Assembly: GCA_964291625.2 (NCBI GenBank)
Contig: OZ220089.1
Coordinates: 768,001 to 832,000, forward strand
DNA from: Candidatus Latescibacterota bacterium
Lineage (GTDB): Bacteria; Latescibacterota; UBA2968; UBA8231
DNA length: 64,000 bases
Direction: 5' to 3'
In this document: in pieces, positions 36,620-46,803 of the stretch
How the letters are laid out: the number at the start of each line of letters is the position of its first letter
Numbering within the stretch: position 1 is the first letter of the stretch
Made by a program: the position numbers and the translations under genes
The notes under the pieces: generated by a model
Database searches by the model: none
Told to the model about the DNA's origin: nothing
What the model saw: only the letters and a program-made list of their open reading frames with translations

Positions 36620-36680
36620 CGGTTGTCGTGAAAGGGCCGCTGCCACTACCCGCGACGGCCCCGCTCATCGGACCTGATCC

Positions 36681-37001
36681 CTACTTGACCCGGTTGATCG
36701 CCCTCTTGCAGAGGATGGTGACGGCGCCGCTGAACAGGGCGACGCTCACGCCGCCGAGAATGCCGTTCAGGGGATCGCCGACGGCGGGGATGTTGCTCAG
36801 CACGCCCGTGCCCGCCGCCCCTCCGACGGCGAGGGTGACAACCAGGTAGGCGGTGGCGTCCTCCGCATCGACCGCCATGGCCCCGTACACAAGGCCCAGG
36901 ATGACAAGGACAAGCGGCAGGTAGCCTCCGATCGCCCCGGCTGCCAGGCCCTCCACGATGGCCGCCAGTGTGATCAGGCCAATCAGGATTCGAGTTGCCA
37001 T
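36681..37001 (-). CDS. Small multi-pass membrane protein
   Basis: 106 aa, hydrophobic, SD GGAGG, own terminator. Confidence 0.8.
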   Translation of the reverse strand: MATRILIGLITLAAIVEGLAAGAIGGYLPLVLVILGLVYGAMAVDAEDATAYLVVTLAVGGAAGTGVLSNIPAVGDPLNGILGGVSVALFSGAVTILCKRAINRVK

Positions 37002-37262
37002 TTCTTCCTCCCTGAGAAATCGGCGTCACGCCCAGGGGCCACACCTCCCGTGACGATCACCGACGGCGGAGCCGCCGGACATGTACGCCCGTGGCAAAGA
37101 ATCGTCTCGAAGAATCGGCTTTTGGTTCCCTGGCACCGTCGTGTTTCTCGGACCTCGGCGCCGGACGAGGCCGGCGCCGGGAGGGAGAGACCGTCTGTCG
37201 GGGCAGCCAGTATGATGGCATTTCAGAGGCCGGACAGCAAGCTTTTTCGGTCCCCTTGCTGC

Positions 37263-38918
37263 TCAGCCGGGCACCTCCTCCAACGGGAAGCGGTAGCCTC
37301 TCACGTAGCAGTTGTGGCCGCGGTCCGGCTGCAGCCAGGCCAGGGACGGGAACCCCACGGCCATGCCGTTGCCGAAGTAGTCGACGACGAAGCACTCGCC
37401 GTCGGCGAAGGCCACGGGCACCGGCTTGCCCCAGTCGCCGGCGTCGACGCAGTGCTCCAGCTCCAGCAGACGGTCCTCCTGCCAGGCGTCGGGCAGGCCG
37501 TCCCGGTCGTGCCGCCAGCGGTAGCGGTGGTCGGGCAGCCAGCGGTTGCCGGTGATGTCGAGGCTCACCGAGCGCCACAGGCTGCGGCCGGCGTTGGAGG
37601 GCCGGACGTACCGGGGCAGCCGCACCCGCATCGGGTAGAGCTCGGGGCGCGGCAGCTCGCGGTGGTCGAACTTGCAGCCGAAGGCGTTGCATGGGGCGTG
37701 GCTCACCGGCGCCAGGTCGATGGCGGGAAAGACGAGGACCTGCCGGCCGTCCACGTGGACGCGGAGCACCCCCCGCTCCAGCTCCAGGCGGTAGCGGTGC
37801 CACTGGTCGCCGGCCACGGCCACGCGGCTGTGGCCGGGGATGTGCTCCAGGTCGATGTGATCGGGGTAGATGCGCAGCCAGCCGGCGCCCCTGAGGCCGA
37901 GGCTGCAGGCCTGTCCGGCGTTGGCCGGGCAGCGGACCTCGGCCTCGAGGACCACGTGGGCCGCCGCATCGTCGGCCGGCATCAGGTAGAACTGGGCGAA
38001 GGCGCCGGGGGCGTCGTCGGTCTGCAGCAGCAGGCCTTCGTCCGTGAGCTGCACCGGCGAAGCCCCGGCCGCCGGATAGCGGCACGACGACAACCGGTAC
38101 CCCGGCAGATCCCCGAGATCGCCGCGCCACACGAGGCTGTTGGCCCGGCCGCCGACGTTGCGGTAGGCCAGCAGGTGGGTCCCGTCGCCGAGGTCGAAGG
38201 CCGCCGGCCAGTGGCCGACGAAGGGGGTCGCATACGGCCGGCTCCAGGTGCGCCCGCCGTCGTCGGAGGCGGCGGCGAAGATGGGGAAGTTGGCGTAGTG
38301 GTTCTCGCGCATGAGGATGACAAGGCGGCCCCCCGCGGTCTCGGCCAGGCAGGCCTCTCCCAGCTGCAGGGGACAGTCCTCCGGCACCACGGGATCTCCG
38401 AAGGGCTCCCACGTCCGCCCGCGGTCGAGGGAGCGCAGCAGCCGGTTGAGGCCGGTGTAGACCAGCAGCTCGCCGCTGCGCCGCTCCAGGACGGCGCCGT
38501 CCTGGCGGAACCCCTGGCCGCGGGCCATGGGCCGCTCCGGCGACCAGCTCCCGCCTTCGTCGTCGCTGACGCGCAGGATGGGGGTGGTGGGACGGCGCTC
38601 CGGCCAGCCCTCGGAGAAGTAGTGCATGAGCACGCGGCCGCCGCGCAGGGCGGTCAGGTAGAGGCCGCCGGTGGCGACGAAGGGCCGGCCGCGGTCGAAG
38701 TCGCCCTCGGCCAGGGTTTCCGGCGCCGCCCAGGTGCGGCCGCGGTCGCCGCTGGTCATGGCCACGACCCGCTGCCAGCGCGAGGCGCCGTGGCCGTAGG
38801 CCTGCTTGACGCCCAGAACGAGGCGGCCGCCCGGCGTCAGGCAGAGGCCGGCGAAGCCCTGCCACAGGCCCGGGTCGCGGGCCACGAAGGCGGTCTGGTC
38901 GGAGGGGACGGTTCTCAA
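37263..38918 (-). CDS. BNR/Asp-box sialidase-like protein
   Basis: Four Asp boxes: SGDRGRTW, SDDEGGSW, SLDRGRTW, SDDGGRTW. TTG start with GGAG SD. Confidence 0.85.
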   Translation of the reverse strand: MRTVPSDQTAFVARDPGLWQGFAGLCLTPGGRLVLGVKQAYGHGASRWQRVVAMTSGDRGRTWAAPETLAEGDFDRGRPFVATGGLYLTALRGGRVLMHYFSEGWPERRPTTPILRVSDDEGGSWSPERPMARGQGFRQDGAVLERRSGELLVYTGLNRLLRSLDRGRTWEPFGDPVVPEDCPLQLGEACLAETAGGRLVILMRENHYANFPIFAAASDDGGRTWSRPYATPFVGHWPAAFDLGDGTHLLAYRNVGGRANSLVWRGDLGDLPGYRLSSCRYPAAGASPVQLTDEGLLLQTDDAPGAFAQFYLMPADDAAAHVVLEAEVRCPANAGQACSLGLRGAGWLRIYPDHIDLEHIPGHSRVAVAGDQWHRYRLELERGVLRVHVDGRQVLVFPAIDLAPVSHAPCNAFGCKFDHRELPRPELYPMRVRLPRYVRPSNAGRSLWRSVSLDITGNRWLPDHRYRWRHDRDGLPDAWQEDRLLELEHCVDAGDWGKPVPVAFADGECFVVDYFGNGMAVGFPSLAWLQPDRGHNCYVRGYRFPLEEVPG

Positions 38919-39184
38919 GGGGTGCTCCCGGTTCGGAAGGAAGGTAGGCCGGGTGTCCCAGGGGGCTGTGGCGAAGCCAGACCCGGATTCCACGAGGAAG
39001 CCACTCTCCCGGGGGCGTGCCTCACCGCTCGAAACGCTCCTTCTCCGGCCGCAGCCCGGGCCAGGGAGGGGAACCCCCACGCGCATCCCGTTGCCGAAGT
39101 AGTGGGAGGAGTTCGCGGGCCCGGTGGACGCGGTCCGGCCCAGATGCGAAGCTTGATTCGGGCCCAGGGCCGAGGAGACCGCCG

Positions 39185-40756
39185 ATGACCGAATCCAGCC
39201 GTTACACCGCCGACCAGCCGGCCGGCCACGAGGTCCTGCACGCGGCGCGGGAACTGCGCTACCGCATGCTCGCCGACCCGCACAGGCCCGGGTACCACTT
39301 CGCCATCCCCGAGGACAACGGCCACCCCGGCGACCCGAACGGCGCCTTCTTCGCCAACGGCCGCTACCACCTGATGTACCTCTACAACCACGCCGATCTC
39401 GGCTTCGTCTGGGGGCACGTCTCCAGCGCCGACCTGCTGCACTGGCGCCACCACCCGTACGCCATCGGTCCAGGCGAGGGCGACGTGGGCTGCTTCAGCG
39501 GCGGCGCCTTCCTCGATGGCGACGGCCGCGCCGTCCTCTCCTACTGGGGGCTCTGGGAGGAGCGCGGCATCTGCCTCGCCTTCTCCGGCGACGAACACTA
39601 CGACACCTGGACCAAGAGCGCCGCCAACCCGGTGATCGCCTCCACCGGCCGCGGCTTCACCGAGACCGTGGACGGCCGCGGCCAGCCGCTGGTCTACGGC
39701 TCCTCCGACCCTTCGCAGATCTGGAGGAAGGACGGCCGGTACTACCTGCTCACCGGCAACCTGCAGGTTCTCGACAAGCTCGGCCGCGCCGAGGACTCCC
39801 CCCCGGAGCAGCAGGGGGACCGCCTCTACCTGTTCGTCTCCGACGACCTGGAGCGCTGGGACTACCTGCACCCCTTCTACGAGTCCCGCCGGGAGTGGAC
39901 GGACCGCAGCGAGGACAACATGTGCCCCAGCTTCCTGCCCCTGCCGTCGAGCGAGAGCGGCGGCGAGCCGAGCGGCCGGCACCTGCTGCTGTTCATCTCC
40001 CACAACAAGGGGTGCCAGTACTACGTCGGCACCTACGACACCGCCGGCGACCGCTTCATCCCGGAGCGCCACGGCCGCATGACCTGGTGCGACAACGCCT
40101 ACTTCGCCCCGGAAGCCCTCGTCGACGGGCAGGGCCGCCAGATCATGTGGGCCTGGATCTTCGACGACCGCCCCGAGGAGGTGTGGCGGCCCAGCGGCTG
40201 GAACGGCATGTACGGGCTGCCGCGCGCCCTGTGGCTCGGCGACGACGGCGGCCTGCGCATGGCCCCGGTGGAGGAGCTGTCCCTGCTGCGCCAGGGGCAC
40301 CGTTCGAAGGGCCCCTTCGCAGTAAGCGGCGGCCAGGAAGTCGAGCTCGAGCTGTTCGGCCGCGAGCTGATGGAGCTGGAGATCACCATCGATCCGGGGT
40401 CCGCCCGGCGCTGCGGCGTGCGCGTCTGCTGCTCGGAGGACGGCCGCGAGGAGACGGCCCTGCTCTACGACGCCGGGGCCGGCGAGTTGCAGTGCGACAC
40501 CACCCGCAGCAGCCTCGGCTTCGGCCGCAAGGTGGTCGAGGCCGGCCCCCTGGAGCTGCCGCCGGGGGAGCCCCTGCGCCTGCGGGTCTTCGTGGACCGC
40601 TCCATCGTCGAGGTCTACGCCAACGAGCGCCAGGCCCTGGCCCGGGCCGTGTACCCCACTCTCGGGGGCCGCGGGGTGCGGGTCTTCGCCGAGGGCGGCG
40701 AGGCCCGCGTGGCCAGCGCCCACGCCTGGGAGCTGATGCCCTCCAACCCATTGTAG
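39185..40756 (+). CDS. Glycoside hydrolase family 32 protein (non-canonical)
   Basis: HRPGYHF, GDPNG, WGHVSSADLLHW, FSGG, SDP, MCP, C-terminal VDRSIVEVY. Confidence 0.9.
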   Translation: MTESSRYTADQPAGHEVLHAARELRYRMLADPHRPGYHFAIPEDNGHPGDPNGAFFANGRYHLMYLYNHADLGFVWGHVSSADLLHWRHHPYAIGPGEGDVGCFSGGAFLDGDGRAVLSYWGLWEERGICLAFSGDEHYDTWTKSAANPVIASTGRGFTETVDGRGQPLVYGSSDPSQIWRKDGRYYLLTGNLQVLDKLGRAEDSPPEQQGDRLYLFVSDDLERWDYLHPFYESRREWTDRSEDNMCPSFLPLPSSESGGEPSGRHLLLFISHNKGCQYYVGTYDTAGDRFIPERHGRMTWCDNAYFAPEALVDGQGRQIMWAWIFDDRPEEVWRPSGWNGMYGLPRALWLGDDGGLRMAPVEELSLLRQGHRSKGPFAVSGGQEVELELFGRELMELEITIDPGSARRCGVRVCCSEDGREETALLYDAGAGELQCDTTRSSLGFGRKVVEAGPLELPPGEPLRLRVFVDRSIVEVYANERQALARAVYPTLGGRGVRVFAEGGEARVASAHAWELMPSNPL

Positions 40757-40796
40757 CAGCACTCATCCCTCAACCCTTTGCGAGGAGAACCACGCA

Positions 40797-41276
40797 ATGA
40801 GCTTTCGCAAAGCGGCCGCATGCGCGGCCGCCGTCTGCCTGTCCACCGTCGCCGTGCTCGAGTCGCAGCCGCCGGGTGGCGGGTTCCCGGGCGGCGGCAT
40901 GGTCCACACCATCACGAAGGCGGCCGGCGCCTCCCCCGACCAGGTCTTCGCCATGTTGGCCTTTGATGAGAAGTTCAACGTGACCGACGAGCAGTTGCCG
41001 GGGCTGCGCGAGGCCCTGCGGCCGCTGTACTTCGAGCAGCGCCAGTCGCTGGCGCAACTCATGCTCGGCGGCGGCGCCGGCAACCCCCAGGCCATGATCC
41101 AGGCCCTGGGCCAGCAGCAGAGCAAGATGCGCGACAAGGTCCTGGCCGCGGTCTCCGAGACCCTGAGCGCCGACCAGATGGCGACCCTGAAGGCGGCGTT
41201 GAAGCAGCCGCCGCTCCCGCCCGGGATGGGCCAGGGGAGTGCCGGACCGCGCGGGGAGCCCCCCCCGGGCTACTAG
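40797..41276 (+). CDS. Secreted helical protein (Spy/CpxP-like)
   Basis: Signal peptide, VTDEQ and LSADQ motifs, Gly/Pro-rich ends. Confidence 0.6.
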   Translation: MSFRKAAACAAAVCLSTVAVLESQPPGGGFPGGGMVHTITKAAGASPDQVFAMLAFDEKFNVTDEQLPGLREALRPLYFEQRQSLAQLMLGGGAGNPQAMIQALGQQQSKMRDKVLAAVSETLSADQMATLKAALKQPPLPPGMGQGSAGPRGEPPPGY

Positions 41277-41442
41277 CCGCCGCGCCGTCGAAGACCCGGC
41301 GCCCAAGCTGCTCCAGGATGGGCCCGCGCAGGGGAACGGCGTCTGACCGATGGCCAGCGCCGGAGGGCCGCGGTCGGCGCCGGTCTCCTGCGGGCCCGTC
41401 CTGGGCCGGCGCCAACCGCGTACTCACCAGGGTCTTGCGGAC

Positions 41443-42357
41443 CTACCGCCAGTGCGGGGGCACGATGGGAGCGTCGAACCCGAGCTTCTCCGCGACCCAG
41501 GTCTCCTCGTACAGGCCGTCCTTGTAGCCGGAGCGCTGAGAGGCGTGGACCGTCGTCTCGCCGCGGATGCTGTCCGTGAACGGACGAATCGCTTCCGGCC
41601 CCAGCATCGAGCCTTCGGGCTCCGCCATGATGAGGGTGGTCGCCGCTACGCTGGGGGCGAAGGCCCGCAGGTCGAAGCAGGACAAGGTGGCCGCCACTGC
41701 ATCCCGCGCCGACGGAGTGCTTCTCAGGAAGTCGTTGTACTCTTCCAGAGGGTAGGCCCGGGCGCGTTCCGCGAGAGCGAGGGAATCGAGGAACAACGCG
41801 GGCGTGCACGCCAGGTGGGTGGCCATCGGCCGCAGGGCGAGCGTCTGCAGGGCCACATCGTTGCCGATGGCCGCTACCCGCGTCCTGTCGACGAACTCGA
41901 GGGAGTTGAGGAACTCCAGGCCCCGCACCGCGTCGGCGGCGATCCCCCGGAAAACGTAGGTCGCCGGCGATTCGATCCCCTCGGTGAGCAGTCCGGGGAA
42001 CATCGCCGCGAAGGGCTTGTCGGCGTTTCGCTGTCCCCTGCCGGCCAGGGAGAACGTCACGAACCGGCTGCGGATGGCGTTCGCCGATCCCTGGGGGATC
42101 ATCTGATGTACGCTCATGTACTTCGGCGGCCAGTAGAGCGCCGGAAACGGCCCGTCTCCCTTCGGCACGCCCAGGTATCCGTAGAGCCGGTACGGACCGA
42201 TGCTGGTGAGGCGGATACCGCTCATGGTGGCGAAATCGGTCTCCCGCAGCGGTATCGCCTCGACTTCAGGCTCCGCTGGCGTCGAGTCCAGTTCCGCGAG
42301 AACGCCTTCCCAGTACGCGTCGAACCCCTCCGGCCTCGGGAAGGTGGATTCAGGCAT
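41443..42357 (-). CDS. Acetylxylan esterase (CE7)-like paralogue lacking the catalytic motif
   Basis: RPEGFDAYW and FPGLLTEGI are conserved, but AIGND stands in place of GxSQGG. Confidence 0.8.
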   Translation of the reverse strand: MPESTFPRPEGFDAYWEGVLAELDSTPAEPEVEAIPLRETDFATMSGIRLTSIGPYRLYGYLGVPKGDGPFPALYWPPKYMSVHQMIPQGSANAIRSRFVTFSLAGRGQRNADKPFAAMFPGLLTEGIESPATYVFRGIAADAVRGLEFLNSLEFVDRTRVAAIGNDVALQTLALRPMATHLACTPALFLDSLALAERARAYPLEEYNDFLRSTPSARDAVAATLSCFDLRAFAPSVAATTLIMAEPEGSMLGPEAIRPFTDSIRGETTVHASQRSGYKDGLYEETWVAEKLGFDAPIVPPHWR

Positions 42358-43267
42358 CCGGCGCCTCCAGGCCGAGATGACGGGCGAAGAAGTCGCCCTC
42401 GATCGCCCCGTGCTCGTGACCTCCCGCGTCGTGTCCGTGGCCATCGTAGACGTAGAGCCGCTTCTCCTCGCTCGCGATTTCGCGGAAGAGGGCGTGACCC
42501 GTCTCGGGGGGGCAGATGTTGTCCTGCAGCCCGATGTTGACGATGACGGGGCAGGTGATCCGGTCCGCGAAGTTGATGCAGTCGAAGTAGCTCAGCGTCC
42601 GCTCGACCTGCTGTCGGCTGTCCGGGTGAAGCCTGAGATAGTCGTTGATCTCCTGGTACGGGTAGGTGCCGGTGAGCTCGATCGAGTCCATGAACCCGGT
42701 CAGGTACGGCGCCCCGGCGGCCGCGGCCCTCACCTCGCCGCGCATGGCGGCGGTGCACAGGGTCAGCCCGCCTCCCTGGCTGCTCCCCCGGACCCCGATC
42801 CTGTCGGGGTCCACCTCGGGCCGGGAGAGCAGGAAGTCGACGCCGCGCCAGGTGTCGACGTAAAAGCCGCGGTATGAGTACACGTTGCGGTCCACGATCC
42901 CGTAGGTCAGAAGACCCGGGTATCCGGGATTGAACTGCCCGTTGGAGCGCAGCTTGCCCCGCGGCGCGACACACAGCGTGGCGTAGCCTGCTTGCGCCCA
43001 CCCTTTGGGAATGGCCGGATCGCCCAGGTACCCGGGGCCGATCAGGAGCGCCGGCAGCGGCCCTCGCCCTTCCCTCGGCAGGCAGTACCAGGCCGCGACT
43101 CTCACGTGGTCGATGCTGTCGTAGAAGATCTGGAAGACCTCGACTCCTTCATCCGACCGCAAGGGGTCCGGCTCGACCTCCGCGTTGAGCTCCACGAGGG
43201 CCGCCTGGTCCATCACGTCCGCCCAGAAGGCGTCGAAGTCGTCGGGCTTGCGCGTGCCGGCCATCAC
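42350..43267 (-). CDS. Acetylxylan esterase / cephalosporin-C deacetylase (CE7)
   Basis: KPDDFDAFW, GSSQGG, GLQDNICPP, GHGH. Confidence 0.93.
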   Translation of the reverse strand: MMAGTRKPDDFDAFWADVMDQAALVELNAEVEPDPLRSDEGVEVFQIFYDSIDHVRVAAWYCLPREGRGPLPALLIGPGYLGDPAIPKGWAQAGYATLCVAPRGKLRSNGQFNPGYPGLLTYGIVDRNVYSYRGFYVDTWRGVDFLLSRPEVDPDRIGVRGSSQGGGLTLCTAAMRGEVRAAAAGAPYLTGFMDSIELTGTYPYQEINDYLRLHPDSRQQVERTLSYFDCINFADRITCPVIVNIGLQDNICPPETGHALFREIASEEKRLYVYDGHGHDAGGHEHGAIEGDFFARHLGLEAPDA

Positions 43268-43821
43268 ACCTTTCTCACAACATCTCCAACCCGTATCGCG
43301 CCCGGGCGGACGACCTTGGCGTTGACGCCGCGAAGCTGAAGCCGCTTGCCCTCCGGAGAGCTGATGAACTTCAGCGCCTCCAGCCCGAAGCGGGCCGCGT
43401 ACTTCCTGCAGCCCGTGTGGGGCGGCTCCGTGATCTCGATCAGGGCCTCGCCGAGGGACAGGCGGGTCCCTGGCGGAATGTTGTCCACGCTCAGGTCGAA
43501 GTCGACGTAGAGCTGGTCCCCCGCCAGGGGCCGGCGCCCTTCTTCCGGGGCCACTGCGGCCATGGCGCGGGCGTTCGTCAGGGTGAGCTGCAGCTCCGGG
43601 TTCGCAGAGCCATCCGGGGTCTGCGAGCTGCCGCGCTGTTTCCAGTTGTCCCCCACCAGTCCCTCCGCCGGATCGAGTTCCCCCGAGTCCAGGACTTCCC
43701 GCGTCTCCGTCTGCGGCCTCCGCACGATGAGTCTCAGCACACCGGCGGTCCTGGGCGACTGACGGATGTGGTCCAGCCCGGCCATGAGCTCTTCCAGGGG
43801 CACGTGTCTCTCTTCTTCCAA
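43264..43821 (-). CDS. MOSC domain protein
   Basis: GLVGDNW, LAGDQLYVD, PHTGCRKY, LRGVNAKV. TTG start after AAGGAGG. Confidence 0.9.
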   Translation of the reverse strand: MEEERHVPLEELMAGLDHIRQSPRTAGVLRLIVRRPQTETREVLDSGELDPAEGLVGDNWKQRGSSQTPDGSANPELQLTLTNARAMAAVAPEEGRRPLAGDQLYVDFDLSVDNIPPGTRLSLGEALIEITEPPHTGCRKYAARFGLEALKFISSPEGKRLQLRGVNAKVVRPGAIRVGDVVRKV

Positions 43822-43968
43822 GTCGACCTCCTTGTCTTTGGCGGCAGCGGATACCTTAGCCCGGGCGATCTGTCCCGACCAGGGTCGGAACGACTCCCAT
43901 GGAAGTGGCGCGCCGCCCATCGGCCATGCCGTACTGCCGGCAGCCTGGGTCCATGTGACGACTGGAGG

Positions 43969-45948
43969 CTACTTGATGTGCACCAGCGGCCGGCGGTGCA
44001 GTTGGGCGCCGACGCTCAGACTGGCCCAGTAGAGCCCCGAGGCCACTGGACGCCCCCGGTCGTTGCGGGCATCCCAGACCGCCAGATGGCGGCCTGCCCC
44101 CCGGCCGGCGGCCAGCCGGCGCACCAGCTGGCCATCGACCCCGTAGATCCGCAGGGCATACTCCGCCTCGACGGGCAGGCGAAAGGGGATTCTCGTGAAA
44201 CTGTTGAATGGATTGGGGTAGTTGCCCGACAGGGCCGCCCGGCCGGGGGTGCTCTGCTCCACCTCTTCCACGCCGGTGCGGACGACCGCGGGCAGGTACT
44301 CGGAGAGTGCGGCGCCGCTGATGATGTGGGCTTCCCCCGCGTTGTCGCGTTGGTTGCCGGGGCCGTCGCCGGCCATGCCGTTGGGGATGGCGTCGACGCG
44401 TCCGTCGCCGTCCATGTCGCCGCTGGCCCCCCAGTAGGCCGAGAAGTCGACCGGGTCGGGCGCCGCGATCCACACGACGGGCACGGCGGGATCGGCCAGG
44501 TCGATCTCCCGGGGCAGGTCGGGGCCGCCGGCCATCACCGCGAAACCGCCCGCCAGGCGGCGCTTCAGCGGCCCCTCGTCGCCGGGCACGCCGACGAAGA
44601 GGTCGTCGTAGCCGTCGCCGTGGATATCGCCGGCCGCCACGGCGTCGCCGGTGATCGCCTTGGGGCGAGCCCCGTAGATGACTGTCATGTCCTGCGTCGG
44701 CGCGGCCATGTCCAGCCGCTGTCCGCGCCGGCGGGGACCGCCGTACACCACGTACACCTCGCCGGCGTCGGGGCGCATGTTGCCCGGACCGTCGGCCCGG
44801 TAGGCGCCGATGAACAGGTCCTGGATACCATCGCCGTCGATGTCGGCCAGGACGATCTCCTCCCCCAGGCGGTCGGGCGAGTCGTCATCGCCGCCGTCGG
44901 CGCCGTAGACGATGGTCAGATCGGCGGGCGGATCCCCTGCCAGGTCGATGGCGGGCGGACGCCGGGGACCGCCGTAGACCACGTACATCTCGCCGGCGTT
45001 CTCCCGCTGGTTCCGCGGGCCGTCGCCGGCGCCGCCCCTGCGCCGGTAGGCGTTGCGCAGGGTACCGAAAGCGGCCGCGCCAATGGCGATGTCGTCGAAC
45101 CCGTCGCCGTCGAAGTCGCCGGCGGCCACCGTCGACCCGGCGTGGTCCAGGGCATCGATGCCGTAGATGATGGTCCTGGGGTGTTCCGAGGCCGCCAGAT
45201 CGATGGCCGAGTCCGCATCGAGAGGGCCGTAGAGGACGTACACCCGCCCCGTCTCGACCTCCCCCGTCATCCCCGAGGCCTGGTCGGCCCCCACCACCGC
45301 ATCCCGGTGGCCGTCGCCGTCGAAGTCGCCGGCGGTCATCCAGACGCCCAGGCGGCCGTTGCCCTCGGCGCCGGTGACGACGCTCAGCCCCTCGGGCCAG
45401 GGGCGTTGGGCCAGATCCAGCCGCCCGCCCGCGGCGCGCAACCGGGAGATGAGCTCGGCCGAGAACAGGTATAGCTTGCCGGCGTCGGGGCGTTCGGGGG
45501 CATCGGCGTAGAAGGCGCCCACGAGCAGATCGGCGCGACCGTCGCCCACGAGGTCCTCCACATGGGTCTTGATGCCGAAGAGGTCGCGGCGGGCCTCGCC
45601 GTACAACGTGACCACATCCCGGGGTCGGCGGCCAGGTCCAGGCCGTCCCCCGATAGCGGGGTGCTGAAGCAGACGGCCACTTCGCCGGAGTTGTGGCGGT
45701 CATTGGCGGGGCCATCGCCGGCCATGGCCGAGATCACCAGGGCATACGTCGCGCCCGTCGACGTCGAGATCACCCGCGGTGAAAGGGGATTCTCGTGAAC
45801 TCGTTGCATCGTTGATGTCGGGGTTGTACACCGTGAACTGCCCCGCCTGGGCGGTATCGGCCAGGTCCCAGACATGCACGATCTGGGAGGAGACCGGCAT
45901 GGCCAGGCAGCACCACAGGAGCGGCGACAGGAGGGCGCCGCGCTTCAC
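43969..45948 (-). pseudogene. Secreted FG-GAP (integrin alpha-like) protein with FlgD/T9SS-like tail, frameshifted at the 5' end
   Basis: The signal peptide and first repeats run through three successive frames, with shifts near 45750 and 45615. The main ORF 43969-45615 has FG-GAP repeats and a NYPNPFN tail. Confidence 0.75.
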
Positions 45949-45961
45949 GGACCCACACACT

Positions 45962-46741
45962 TCATGTCGAAACCCGCTCAACGGCCTCGAAGAAGCCCGC
46001 GTTCGATGCGCTGAAGCCGTACTGCTGCTCCACTTCCCGGATGGCGATCTCCGTCGTGAACAACTCATCGAAGGTGTCGGGAAACTCCACCCCGGTCGTG
46101 GCGTCGCGGAGCAGTACGATGTTGTAGCCGTACCGCCCCATGGCGCGGATGCCGTAGTCCCTGCCCAGTACACACCAGTTGGTTGCGAAGCCGGCATAGA
46201 GCAGATGCACGATCCGCCGCTCCTCCAGCAGCTCGTGCAACTGCGGCCCCGTGGCGATGACGAACTCCTCGGGCTGCACATCGATGGCGGGAGAGACGGA
46301 GAGTTGCGGCGCCAGCTCGTCCCAGTGCACGCCGATACCCGGCGGCTGACTGCGAGGTCCGCGGTAGACGGCATGGTCGCCCTCCCGGTTCCGGAAAGCG
46401 GCGGGCGGCCACGTGGGCGCGGCGGACGGTTCGGGCGGCTTGTGCCGGCGGAGCTGCGGGAACTGCTCCGCCACCGGCGGCGAAGGGGCGTGTACGATGG
46501 TCAGGCCCACCCGCCGCGCCGCGTCCAGCACCGGCGCGATGCAGTCGGCCGTGATCCGTGCGGCCCGTTCCATCCAGCTCTCGATGAAGTGCACGTTCCA
46601 CAGATCGACGAGGACCAGCGCGGTCTCCTCGACCGGCAAGGGCATGTCGAGCTCGCGGCGGATGAAGGCGGTCTCGCGGCACGGCACATCGGCGGGTGTG
46701 CTGTCCTGGAAGTAGCGGACACGCAGGTTCAGGCGCTTCAT
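45962..46741 (-). CDS. Isochorismatase/cysteine hydrolase family protein
   Basis: TALVLVDLWN, LYAGFATNWCV, LLRDATTG. Confidence 0.88.
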   Translation of the reverse strand: MKRLNLRVRYFQDSTPADVPCRETAFIRRELDMPLPVEETALVLVDLWNVHFIESWMERAARITADCIAPVLDAARRVGLTIVHAPSPPVAEQFPQLRRHKPPEPSAAPTWPPAAFRNREGDHAVYRGPRSQPPGIGVHWDELAPQLSVSPAIDVQPEEFVIATGPQLHELLEERRIVHLLYAGFATNWCVLGRDYGIRAMGRYGYNIVLLRDATTGVEFPDTFDELFTTEIAIREVEQQYGFSASNAGFFEAVERVST

Positions 46742-46803
46742 GGCACCTGAACATAGGCAGATTGGTGAACCGCGGCCGGTACCCCCATCCCCGGGCCGCC
46801 GGG

